Origin: Takakia lepidozioides
Lineage: Eukaryota > Plantae > Bryophyta
Assembly: GCA_030704615.1 (NCBI GenBank)
Contig: CM060732.1
Coordinates: 28,458,001 to 28,522,000, forward strand
Direction: 5' to 3'
Length of the DNA: 64,000 nucleotides
Made by a program: the position numbers and the translations under genes. The notes beneath the pieces were generated by a model that saw nothing but the letters and a program-made list of their open reading frames with translations, was not told the origin of the DNA and made no database searches. This document shows, in pieces, positions 37,630 to 49,699 of this stretch; position 1 is the first letter of the stretch; every line of letters begins with the position of its first letter.

Positions 37630-38686
37630 TTGGCAATGCCCTCAAAGTTTGAGAGAAGATGCAAAATGAATGAAAGCGCACATCTTGCAAGACCTTATGC
37701 AAATACATTAAATGACTTACATTACTTATGTGTATCATCAATCCAAAAGGTCCAAATTTTTTGAGGCATGTGCTCCATCCATATTATTCTCTGACAGAAA
37801 CAACTAAATGGACTATCCCCTATTTTTAAGACGACGGCGCCGTTGTTGAGATCTTAGAATCCAATGTACTGCCTTCTTCTTATGAGCATATGAAACATAA
37901 ATGCTCTGCATGTTTCCATTTATTTTACAACCAATCGTTGATTAATCGTCCAACTATGAACTGACACACTAGACGACACAATTTATTTACAATCAAATCC
38001 CATGACATGTATGTTGATTTGTTCTTTGATTACTTATGTATGAGTAATGAGTACAAGTATTTGTGGCGACAATTGACTCTAAAACCAATAAATTGATTAA
38101 GACACCCATAACAAAATATTTAGTTACTTTATCACTTACTTTATATTGTATTATGAAGGCGCCGCCACAAAGTAACATGTCAATCGTACAACCATCTTCT
38201 GAGGATCCACGTGTAACCCATGTAGTCCAAAAAGCACTAACGCCAGAGTGTATAAAAAAGGTTCACATTTCAGATTTGGCCAATTTGGCCTTTTTAAGGC
38301 CCTCGCCCCCCTTTCCCCCCGCTCTCCTTGGCGGGGGCAGGTTTGAACCCGCAACCTAGTGGAAAATACACCACAACCGTACCAACAAGCCATGCTCTAT
38401 TCAATGAAAAAACCTCTACTTTTTTGTTAATAAACTGTTTCTATTCAGTTAAACTTGTTGCCATTACTACATGACTAACCCGGTATCGTTACTACACTAA
38501 CGTAGTCTAGTATACTTGCACATTATCCCTTGCCACTCCCCCAAACAAACACACACAAACTACACAAGCACTTAGCACGTCTCTAGTCTCTACACCCTGG
38601 AGACTCCCGTTGCGAAGAGGAGACGGAGGCGCCGCATCTCGGCCTCGTTATACTATACCACCCCGAGGCAACGAGCTGTTGCGGCG

Positions 38687-41600
38687 ATGGGGAGGAAGAA
38701 GGACACTCAAGGGGGAGGCGTTGCTGGTGGTGGTGGTGGTAGAGGCAAGCTGCGGACGGAGAAGGTAAGCTGCAGTTTTGTTTCGATTTCATGACCTGCA
38801 CTTAGGCATATGCGCCATCGCATAAGCCCCACCAAGCTGCTCTTAATCTAGCACCTCCGCCGGCGCAGATGCCTAAGTCACTTCAACTCTCACAAGTTTG
38901 CGAATCTCCACACATACACACAACCGTCTCCGCCGGCGGAGACAGCTCATTCCCCTTGGTTTTTTCTGATGCTTGGAAGGGCTGGGCTACCACCTCCGCC
39001 GGCGCATACCGTTGGAGCTGGGATACTCACATGTTTCAGGAAGTGCTCCTCTACTCCCATCCTGTTTATTTTTTTGCATGCTCATACGTTGCTGATGCTC
39101 CGAGCGGGTTGGGCGGCGTATCCGCCGGCGCATACCTGTGCAGCAGGGCTGCTCAAATGTTTCAGGAAGTTCTCCCCTTTTCCATCTCCTTTGTTTTTCC
39201 GCATGCTCAAAAGTTGCTGATGCTCCGAGTGGGCTGCGCTGGCATATCCGCAGGCGCATACCCATTGAGTACATTTTTTTTTACTCAGCTCATAGGTTTC
39301 AGGAACTTCCTGCAAGTGTCTCTGCCGGCGGAGACACTTGGAGCTTGGTTTTTTTTGCATATTCCCTGTGTTACGGAAGCTCCAAAGCGCCAAGGCTGCC
39401 ACCTCTGTCAACGCAGACCCGTGCAGCAGGGCTACTCACATATTTCAGGAAGTTCTCCCCCCCTTCCATCTCTTTTGTTTCTCCGCATTCTCATAAGTTG
39501 TTGATGCTCCGAACGGGCTGGGCTGCCATATCCGTCGGCGCATACCCATTGAGCACAATCTTTTTTTGCTTAGCTCCTAGGTTTCAGGAACCTCATGCAA
39601 GCATCTCCGCCGGCGGAGATGCTTGGAGCTTGGTTTTGTTGTATATTCCTTGTGTTACGTAAGCTCCAAAGTGTCGAGGCTGCCACCTCCGTCGGCGCAG
39701 ACGCTTGGGGAACCTTCCCTATTTTGGTTGATCACAGTATTCAAGTATCTCAAAGCTTCTACGTTGCCACCTCCACAACTCCACATGCTTTCATAGGCCT
39801 AGTTTGATCTTTCAAGGTGCTCCTGTATGTTTGGCTACAACCTCTCTTCCATGGTATGCGCCGTCGCATATGCTTGGAGCTCCTTGAGCAAAAATTTCTT
39901 CAAGGGCCTCAAATCTTGTCAAATTTTGAGTTGGAGGTCCTCTGTCGGGATGCTCAGGCCTGTATTCTGCTCCAAGTTGTAAGCTTTGAAAGACAAGGAT
40001 ATTCATGGAATTAGTTGACTATTCCAATTCATTTGTTTTCTTCATGCAACCATGACATTGAACTGCTCTTTTTACATATTATACATTCAGACATGTGCTC
40101 TTCTCATACACTGACATCTTGAACTGTTTTGGTCTATGGAATTAGGAAATTACCACTACAACTGAAGCTGTGGAGGCCGGGATGCTTGCAACCATTATTG
40201 ACGACATTGATGCAGGGAATTGGGGGGCAGATGAGTATGAAGAGGATACAACATCTAGTGATCTTCTTTCTCTAGATGCCAAACATGCAATTATTCTGGA
40301 AAAGAAACAAGATCTGAATGTAACTTTCAGGTCCCTCCTCATTGAGGATGGAGTTATGGACATTCCATTGTGTCGCATGATTTCTATGCAGGTTGTTAGG
40401 CCGCCCTTGCCAACGACATCCTAAAGCTTAGAGGAGACTTCTATTCTGGATACCATCCAGGAGCAGCCGTGTTCTATGTTTCTGTTGAGGGGATTGATGG
40501 ATCTACTATATGGGATAGTCATTGGAAAACAGTAAATGATGAGTTTGAGAAGTATCTTAAGTCCAAGCCAAAGTTGCATCATCTTCGGGGGAAGATCTTT
40601 CATGTCTGGGATGGGAATCATAGGCTTTAAGCATGGTATCCCTATATCAATGAAGATCATGGGGCCAACTTGTTGTCTGTGTGACAAGTTGGGAGCTCAA
40701 TGCAGACATTGAAAATCGTGGTTCCCTCAGGTCCATCATGGATGGAGTGAATGTGTGAGTTTCCTTTATATTCTTCATTTACTTTCATGTTCAATGTTGT
40801 CATGTTCTTGCTCAATGGATGTACATATACACATCTTCTTTCTAATGATCATATTTTATATGTGCAGGGCAACAGAGAGGGCACATGTTACATCCAAATT
40901 TGTGCACTTGGTTTGCAAGGTCAATATGATTGGCCTTACACCTGTCTCTGGAATGGAAGAATGTATTGAGGAAAGAGCAATACGACGAATGCATCAAGAA
41001 AGCAGGAAAGACTTGGTATAACCTGACAGTCCATGCAATGACAGAGATTTTGTACAAGGTAACATCATGTCTTAACCAAGTTTCATTCTTTGCATCCATA
41101 GACAAGATTCACCTCTGGTTCATGTTATGAATTGTTTTGGTTCTTTTTGGCAGCATGATATTGTTGAGGCCCAACGCATGGCGGGGGAAGCTTACAAACT
41201 TGCTGAGGGGCCAAAGAGTCAAGAGGGCCTTGAAGATACAATGAGACAGGCTGATTGAAAGCAAGGAACAACACAAGAGTCAGCTTGTGAAGTTGCTTCC
41301 TATTGCTGATCCAACCCTTGGAGAGGAGTTTCTCCAAGAACTTAAACTGCATTGGTCACGTGTAAAGGCAGGATCAGAGGAAATGACCCAAGAGAAATGG
41401 TGAACATTGCTAACGCCCAGGTGGATCCTGAAGAAAAGGTGGAATGGCTACATATATGGAATGGAGACCAAACACTTCACGACCGTAATTTTTTTCCACC
41501 CGGGCCTATCAGTGGGCCAACACTGATCCTTGGCTGAATAGAAGGACTTTTTGGTGGCAGGTACATATACAATCACTATCTTCTCAATGCAATTAATTCA

Positions 41601-44308
41601 TTTTATTGATGACACATTAACATAGTTATTTAACTGACTGTATTTTCTGGCAGCTTCGCAAGGTTGCCTTGGCTCAGTTTGCCTTGTACACCACTCAGCT
41701 TGGCCAATTTCATGTTGCCTTGGAGGAAGGAGAGTGAGAGTCTGGGAGACTACATGGATACATGGAAGATGACTCATTTCAATGAGTTGTTTCATAGAGA
41801 GTTCTCATTGCCAAAGGGCGCATTCAGAGGCAATGATTGGGAACAACAAACACAGTGGGGAGAAGGTGGTGAGACGGATTTTATTCAGGTACCATCTTTC
41901 CATTGCATTGTACATGGATACACCTTGTAAGTCAAAAATGTCTATGCTTCAAGTATTTTTCTAGTACATTGGGATATACATGTTTCTTAATGTGCTTGTT
42001 CAATTGTTGAACAGGTTGCATAAATATTTGTCTCCACAATAACTTTGAATGTGTTTGTATTTTAGGTACATGAGATTTGTGCTTGTACCGAGTGATCGAC
42101 TTAAGGCTGAGCCCAAGTTTCTGATGGCCTGGAAGTTTGGTGCTTGTACCGAGTGATCGACTTAAGGCTGAGCCCAAGTTTCTGATGGCCTGGAAGTTTG
42201 GTGCTCAACAAGCTTCCATGTACACACCTGCAATTGAGGAAGATTGGGGTGTGGAACACCGGGAAGGGGGGGGTTGGTATTTGGATATGCCCAAGGGTAC
42301 TATCCCCTATGCAGAAATGGGACTTCATAAGGAATGTGTTCGTAGGCAGTCAGTGAGTGATGAAGGGGGTATCTCCACTGAAGTCCCTGTTCTTGATCTG
42401 GAGCATGCAGAACAGATTGCTACACAGGCCGCTGTAGCCCAAGTGGTCCCTGCCGTTGTGGGTGTACCAAAACGCAAATCACGAAAAAGAAAAGGTGCGG
42501 ATGTCAATGCAGGTGTGGCCCCCAATGCAGGTGTGGCTTCTATTGCTGGTCCTATTGGTAGTTCTTCACATCCTTCAAATCAGTTGGTTGTAGTGCCTGC
42601 ACCTACTACTCGAGGAACAAGCCAGAGGCAGGCGAACATCCTTACAGTGCAGTGTCATTTTCTGGTGGTGCACCTAGCATGTATCGCATGAAGATCATGC
42701 CTACTCATTTCATTGATATGGTGGAGGCCTCAAGTACATCTCCTGATGCGACCTTGAAAGAGCTCATGGAGCTCTTAAAAAATGTGAGTTTCCCCCAACA
42801 AACAAACTTGAATGTAAGGAATTCTTCGATGTTTTTATATCCTCATCATCCGGCTATTGACTCCTACATTTTCTGTATGTTGTTTGCAGTTGCCAGGAAC
42901 TTAGTCTAGTGTTGTGGATGGAAAAAGCGTGCCTATGGCTGTGGACATGATCATCGTGGACTACCCAACAGGAATGCCTGTACAGGGCTGTTTGGATGGT
43001 GTACAGGTTCCTCCCTGGAATGCTTTTGATAAACGGTATTGGGAGTATGCATTCTCCATTGCTAATGACCTGTTGGATGACAATGGATACTTGGTGTTCT
43101 TGCAGGGCTCCGATGATTCCTTTGCATTGGAGCTCTTTTCTTACTCCAGGGGCAGCTCTATTTCCGTATTATCAAGGAAATATACTTGCATCAATACCAC
43201 CCCCTCTACACACTCGGACAGGAAAGGTAAAAATCATCCCTCTTCAATATCTCATTGTTTGATGTTTCATCTTCCTACTCTCATACATATTATTAAACCA
43301 TCCGGGTGCACTATTTTTGTGGAAATGGCACGTCTAACAGACCATGTTCTTCCACGCCCATGTCCTCACCAAGCAAGGAGGACTATTCAAACTGCGTGAG
43401 TTTGGCAAAGTTGTGGACCCCCTTGCAGACCCTGTTGAGTTGGATGCCATCTACAATCACATTCTAGATGTTGCACTACCCATGCAAACTCCTCAACAAG
43501 CTTGGAGGGGTGCGCGAGACCGTAGTCCCGCCTTCATGCAAGTATTGTTGGAGACATGCTCACCTCCTGGCTCCCGCATTTTGGATCTCACAGTTGGCAC
43601 AGGTTTGCATTGGTCTCCATTTTGTAATTAAAATTTTCTGAGCTGATTCATGATCATTAACTGTTATCCGATATAATATCATCATTGCATGTTTTTTTCC
43701 TGCAGGTTCTACATTTATTGCTGCCCGCGAGTCTGGACGTCACGTATTTGTTCTTGAGGGGGACCAGACGTTGTATGCAGCACGTCTCTCTGCACTTCAA
43801 AATACTCAACCCGTTTTGGTTTCATCTGTGGTAACTCCAACCATTCAACGTCCTGTGAGTTTGTTGGAACCCCCCGCTCCTAAGGTGGCGCGCAAGCTTG
43901 GTCTTCATCTCGGCAGTACTTCCTAGTGAGTATGTCTCGCCTCCATTCCCTTTGTTGCAATCTCTATATTATTTGCAAAGCAAACCATTCCCATTTGATT
44001 TGTTAACATAAATATACATGTATGTGTGATGCAGTGATGGGATTGTGCGGACCATCTACGATAGTCTACCCCAAAGTCCTCTTTCATCGTTTTATCTACC
44101 TTCGTATGCCAAGTCCCAAGCTTTGCATTCAATACATCAACAACGTGATGTAGGTCTTTCCAATGATCTGTTGTTTGACCGAAGAGCAGCTATTGTTGGA
44201 CAATCCGTGGATATGTTGCGTAGAGTTGAGGCTTTCATGGATGTGTATGCCTCTGAATCACAGGCTTATGACACGGATGATGAAGTATCAGCTGATGATG
44301 TTATGTAG
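38687..44308 (+). pseudogene. Multi-exon ParB/Srx-domain plus beta-class N4/N6 DNA-methyltransferase-like fusion gene (MULE cargo)
   Basis: Putative exon 1 38687-38764 (MGRKK..|gtaag) and exon 2 from 40146; FHVWDGNHRL*A at ~40598-40633; VDMIIVDYPT (~42941-42970); LLDDNGYLVFL; FMQVLLETCSPPGSRILDLTVGTG/STFIAARESGRHVFVLEGD across the 43603-43705 GT-AG intron; stops, frameshifts and a 61-bp duplication (42079-42200). Confidence 0.75.
38856..39705. repeat. Array of TCCGCCGGCG(C/G)A motifs and 18-28-bp palindromes in degenerate ~285-bp units
   Basis: ~9 motif copies; palindromes at 38926-38943, 39313-39340 (1 mismatch) and 39598-39625 (perfect). Confidence 0.85.
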
Positions 44309-45169
44309 GTAATTAGAAATTACACATACAATACATTGTCCTCATTGTCAGTCCGAATTTTTTGTTATTTTTTATGATACATGTATTTCTCTCTAGTGTA
44401 AGGTAAAACAAACGGGGCAAATGACATGGTATTGAAATCAGATTTCATGTTATCTTCCTGTCATTTGATTTATCTATGTAATAGTTTGTACATAGATCTC
44501 TACTGCATTTCATAGATCCCTTTACCTGAATGCAAGTTCGACATGCACTTCAGCACTATCAAATTTCATCATTAGTAAGATCAACCCTTATGAGTATTGT
44601 GGCATGTTATGTACACACAGGGTGACTATCTTTATCTCATTAGTGTTTCATTTCATTAGTGTTTCAAGTCTGAATGGGTAGTGTAGTGGTATGAACTAGG
44701 CTTGATACCGGATAGGTTGTGGGTTCTATCTCTGATGGACATTATGTTTTTGTAAAATAAAAATGTTTCAAAAGTCACTCCAAACTATCAGAGGTTCACT
44801 CAACCAGCTAACTTGCAGAATTCAACATGGAAATTAGGGCCCTAAAACAGGGTGAAATGTGTTGAAGAAGGTGTCTTGATTAGTAGTGCGTATCAATTGT
44901 GTCGTTGCTGCTACGGCTTCCAATTGACATAGCACAGTGACATACTGCATATCATACCTAAATTGCCTTTGTGGATTCCAGTGAAAGACTATTCATGGCA
45001 GACATGATATCCCCATCGATGGAATGTGAACTGACACTTGAACAGACTATGACTCTCACCTCATTGACAAACTATCCATGCAGCTTGACCTGAGACTAAC
45101 AAATCTGCCATGGCCAAGACAGCCAAGCACAGGAACAAAGTAGTAGGTGTCCATACCAGTGCAGAGTGT

Positions 45170-45295
45170 GGGTGCAAGCAGGATCAGGCTCAAGATCATC
45201 TTTGGCAGCTATGAACAGGCAAGGCACCTCAAACCCATTGATCTCCACATCTGCTGCCACCTTAACCAATAACTTTGCAGCATGCTTATAGATAC
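45170..45295 (-). pseudogene. Captured fragment of a mitochondrial Rho GTPase (MIRO) C-terminal GTPase exon
   Basis: AAKLLVKVAADVEINGFEVPCLFIAAKDDL resembles the plant MIRO second GTPase domain (GYEVPCLxVxAKDDL); lies just inside the right TIR. Confidence 0.7.
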
Positions 45296-46519
45296 TGCAA
45301 AACCTATGAAACAAGCTCCCTAGCATTCCCTTAGCATTGCTCCATTCTAAACTTCAAACTAGACTCCCACCATTGGAAGAGCCCGTACCTTCACCATTTG
45401 TATCTAACAAGGAGCCGTGCCTCGTCACTTTTTAATTTTTTGACCTTTTTTCTCATATTGGAAAGCCATAAAAGCAACATGTTCCTCTCCCATTCCTACA
45501 CTCACCCATGTGGAATAATAATACAATGAATATGGAATATTCTATATAGAATATTCTTATTCCATCCTTTGATATTTTGATTATGGACCCAAAGATTAGA
45601 TGAATCACAATTTTTATTTTATTTTTGGGTACCCTTATTTAAGTGTTGTGCATATAAAATTGTTCCTATGCATATCTAAAATTTGTATGCACGCATACAT
45701 TCCTCCATATGCATGCATTTGTGTGCGCATATAGTATAGGCTACCTCCGGTTTGCTGTAGCAGCTTCACCCTGATTCTTCCCCTCTTGTCAGCGTCTGGG
45801 ACAAGTAACTTAACTCTAGCTCGCCTAGCTAGCCAGTCCATGGGAAGCCTTCGATCCTCACCATTGAAGATGAGTGCAAGATGGGTGGCAAAGAGGCGAG
45901 ATCCAAAAACCTCAGTTGGATTCTGGTATAATACCAACAAATGTCGAGCAGATCACTTTAGGATTGTCGCTGCAAGATTGGAACCTGAAAAAGAATATGC
46001 AAACCCTAGTTTGTCGTAGGGAGCCGCATGAGAGAACTGAAGATAGCGAAGGAGAAAACTGAGAAGAGAGCCATTGGCGGAAGTCATCCCCCCCCAACCC
46101 TAAATCTTACTGTTGTGACTCGTTATCTCAATTTGTGAAGTTCGGGTGTGCGATCGTATCTAGGATTCTGGTTTTTTTTTACTCTCACAGGTGCTAGCTT
46201 TTTGCCCTTCAAATCTGTTCAACCACCTTGCAAGTCTGTGCATGCAATTGCACTGGATAAAGATGACGTCGGGGATGTCTTTGGTGTCTATTCATGATTA
46301 ACATCTTATTCTGAGCTGCGATACGATAATCAGGGGAGATTAAGGGTTGCATCTGGGGCGCCATACAGTTGGAGGTTTTTAAACACCCCTATAAGTAGTT
46401 AATACACTACGATAGTTTCAAGAATTGTACCTGGGTTTAGTGGTTAGGGAAGTTATTTGCGCATCGTAAGGCGGGGGTTCTTATCCCGTTCTTGCACCTT
46501 CCCCTTGTAGTTAGTTTTT

Positions 46520-46644
46520 TGTACAGGGTAATGCCCTGAGTGGAGGGCATTCCCGGATTTTAGGGCCTGACGCTGAGGGCTGTAGCCCGAGGGGAAGGCC
46601 CGAAAATCCGGGAATTCCCCACACGAGGGGCGTTACCCTGTATA
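46520..46644. repeat. ~125-bp imperfect inverted repeat (hairpin)
   Basis: tacagggtaatgccc...ttcccggattttagggcct pairs with aggcccgaaaatccgggaa...gggcgttaccctgta. Confidence 0.8.
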
Positions 46645-48333
46645 AAGAAATAAGATGATTTCTTTCCATTTCATCGCTCCTTTATCCTTTCTCCACCTTA
46701 GTAGCTTCACGTGAGAAAAGATCTTGAAGGTAAAGATAAAGAATAGTCACATGTGTGCATTACACACTCGTGTAATGCATGGTTGTGTAATGCACTGGTA
46801 ATCGTGTGGCCTGGGTAATACGTTGTGCAGAATTTTACAAAGAGAAATCAGCCCTAGTTCTTACGTTTATTTAAAGATTGCTTGGATAGGTCCTGGAGCA
46901 CGTGTATAACAAGTTCTAGCGACGACCAAAGGTCGGAAGCTAGTTTAACATAGAACAGATATAGGGTGCCATAGTGCCACGTTTCATCGTAGCCACGTCA
47001 TCGTCGTCAATTTTTGGGGGACCTGCCCGACCTGCCCGACCTGCCCTCCAGAAAAATTCCAAGCGCCAAGTTTTTCGGAGCTTGCCCGGACTGCCCGATT
47101 CTTGAAATTCTTGAAGTTCTTGAACTGCAGGAGCTATGCGTTTTCCACCATCGTTCACCTTGCAAGCTTCAAGCTCTCAACAGTCTCACTGCTCAATGCA
47201 AACCGTGGCTTTTCCCTCATTGGATCGGCTTCGGTTTTGCTGCAAAGGCACAGCAATCGCAAGGTGTGGCTTTTTCTTAATGTACGATGTGAAGAAGTTT
47301 GTCTAGTTCGTAGATTGATCTCCTTGCAGTGCATTCTTTAGTTGGCGAGGAAGTAGGACTGCTGATGAGTGCTTAATGCATTGTGCCCTATCTTTTTGTT
47401 TGTCATCTAAGTCCAAAAGGCATGGTTTTGTGGAGTTTTTAGTAAAGATCTTTTTCTTTGTTTTCTAGGTTTGACAGTTGTGCTAGCAAATGGATAGATT
47501 TTGCGACATGTAAGTTCTTAATCGTTTCATGTGAGAGGACGTGCAACCATATCTCCCGAGGTTTTTATACTATTGACTGTCGTATGATCTCTGCGATAGT
47601 TGAATCATGGGCCAATGCCATATTGAATGCTTATTGAATGCATCAAAATCCTTCAGATTTTGGGAGCGCATTTGCACAAGCACTAGCCGGTTTGATGCGG
47701 ATGCAACGTGAAGAATAGGTAAGTGTGAGGATGTGACAGCCAGATTTATGTCATGGACTCACGTGAACTGACACAATGTGGAACTGTGGTTTGTTTACAT
47801 TTTTGTTCTTCATCATATGCGATTGACTGGCAAATTAATCATTAGTCATGGCTGAAAACTCAAATTTTCTACGTTGCGGCTACCAAAGTTTTAATCTTGT
47901 CAATAACATGCTTCTAATAAACATTCAATCAATCTTACTGAGGATGAGCCCTAGGATGCCTAAGCGCTTTAGGGTCTCAGCCAACTTTGACCGTGTCCAG
48001 AAGGAGCAAATTTGACTCAATTGAGCTGAAGTTTTTTGTGGTGAGCACTGTGATAAATTTTTGTGAATTTGTTCATAAATTTTGGATCAGATTTACTATT
48101 CTTTTCAGGCCCTGAGGCCATGTCGGGCAGATTGGAGGGGGCCAATGGGAGGATGCCAACTAGGGGACTAGGCAGCCACATTGCCTGTTTGGGGACTGGG
48201 GGACTGGGCTGCAAGGCTTGCTAATGGGCAAAATTTCCAAAAGAAGGTGGAATAAAATAGATAAGTATCCTTAGTTCTAATCCATGGAGTATAAGTTACT
48301 TGATCATTGTTTTGTGAAGCCTTAAAACAAGCC

Positions 48334-48770
48334 TGAGGCATATACTCCTTTCCTCTCAAGAAGCGAAGTTGCACAACAAAGGGGCGAGCGGAAATAGCAA
48401 GCAACGCGTGAGAGGAGGATCAAACACACGAATCAGACACTAAGCAGCTCTCATCCAAAAACTTGTACACGAAAATCACATATACACTCACACCCGAGTA
48501 CAAGGTCAGGGCGCCGTCTTTATACAAAAGCCCTAACCGTAGTGGCCCGCCGCGTGGCGAGGCATTATAGGCCCAAGCCCACGGTGTTGCCTTGCAGCCC
48601 TAGATCTAATGAAGGGCCAAGATCAAGCCACCAGCCTAAACTAACCCTAACCTAAACATCATTGTAACGGATTAACGGCTTTATACGCCAAAAAAATATA
48701 CTATGAATGTGTATCGTTGTTTTGGATGAAACGGGTTATTTCCAGGCATAAGCAAGTATGGGGCTTTACA
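48334..48770 (-). repeat. 3' LTR
   Basis: TG..CA; matches 55075-55524; G-rich PPT-like tract at ~48779-48789. Confidence 0.88.
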
Positions 48771-48859
48771 TCTGTGAAGCCTACCCCCCACGAAAAATCC
48801 TGAGCTCCGCGAAGGAAAACAAATAATGAAAAATATCACCCTCCACTGCTGGGTGAAAA

Positions 48860-49563
48860 ACCTACCAAGGGAAAACCTGGCACTTGCAAGTTGGGCCGAG
48901 GACAAAACCCCTGGCTAGGAAAACCGTGCAGGGAGTACAAATGGTGAGATGTCATAAAATGTTCTAAGTCCTAGAAAGGCCAAGTCTGAGGACCTCAAGA
49001 GGGATCAGCCGCAAACTAAAACTAAGCCGCTGAGAAGAGAAGTGAAGGAAGCTGAAGTATATTGCTAAGAAGATCAAGACATCACCCCACCGTGCACCTA
49101 CCAAGGGAAAACCTGGCACCTGCAAGTTGGGCCGAGGACAAAACCCCTGGCTAGGAAAACGTGCAGGGAGTACAAATGGTGAGATGTCATAGAATGTTCT
49201 AAGTCCTAGAAAGGCCAAGTCTGAGGACCTCAAGAGGCATCAGCCGCAAACTAAGACTAAGCCATTGAGAAGAGAAGTGAAGGAGCTGAAGTAGATTGCT
49301 AAGAAGATCAAGACATCACCCCACCGTGCACCTACCAAGGGAAAACCTGGCACTTGCAAGTTGGGCCGAGGACAAAACCCCTGGCTAGGAAAACGTGCAG
49401 GGAGTACAAATGGTGAGATTTCATAAAATGTTCTAAGTCCTAGAGAGGCCAAGTCTGAGGACCTCAAGAGGCATCAGCCGCAAACTAAGACTAAGCCATT
49501 GAGAAGAGAAGTGAAGGAGCTGAAGTAGATTGCTAAGAAGATCAAGACATCACCCCACCGTGC
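48860..49563. repeat. Three tandem ~235-bp repeats in the 3' non-coding region of the Gypsy element
   Basis: acctaccaagggaaaacctggcac... at ~48860, 49096, 49330. Confidence 0.92.
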
Positions 49564-49699
49564 GCCCCTCCACATTGATACACGTGAGATCAAAAACTAG
49601 TTCGGAGTGCACCAAGTCCGTCAAGGAAACAGGTTCATCCCGCACTTCAGTGTTAGAGCCTTGGGGAAGAAGAAGAGCACGTCGCCCATGTCAAATCTG

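Larger units (their letters stand above)
32486..45747. mobile_element. Full-length 13.3-kb Mutator-like element 2 with cargo genes
   Basis: 8-bp TSD CGGTTTGC at 32478-32485 and 45748-45755; imperfect TIRs (GGGGGTTGCTATTCCATATGCACA vs rc GAGGTAGCCTATACTATATGCGCA, with further inverted similarity over ~100 bp); internal MULE transposase. Confidence 0.85.

Noticed and set aside
45756-46100. Host gene interrupted by the MULE (joining 45756+ with sequence below 32478)
   Set aside because: Rejoined frames are short with no recognisable domain.
46431-46498. tRNA-like A/B-box sequences (also ~44676-44738 plus and ~38338-38393 minus)
   Set aside because: No convincing cloverleaf; at most degenerate SINE-like remnants.
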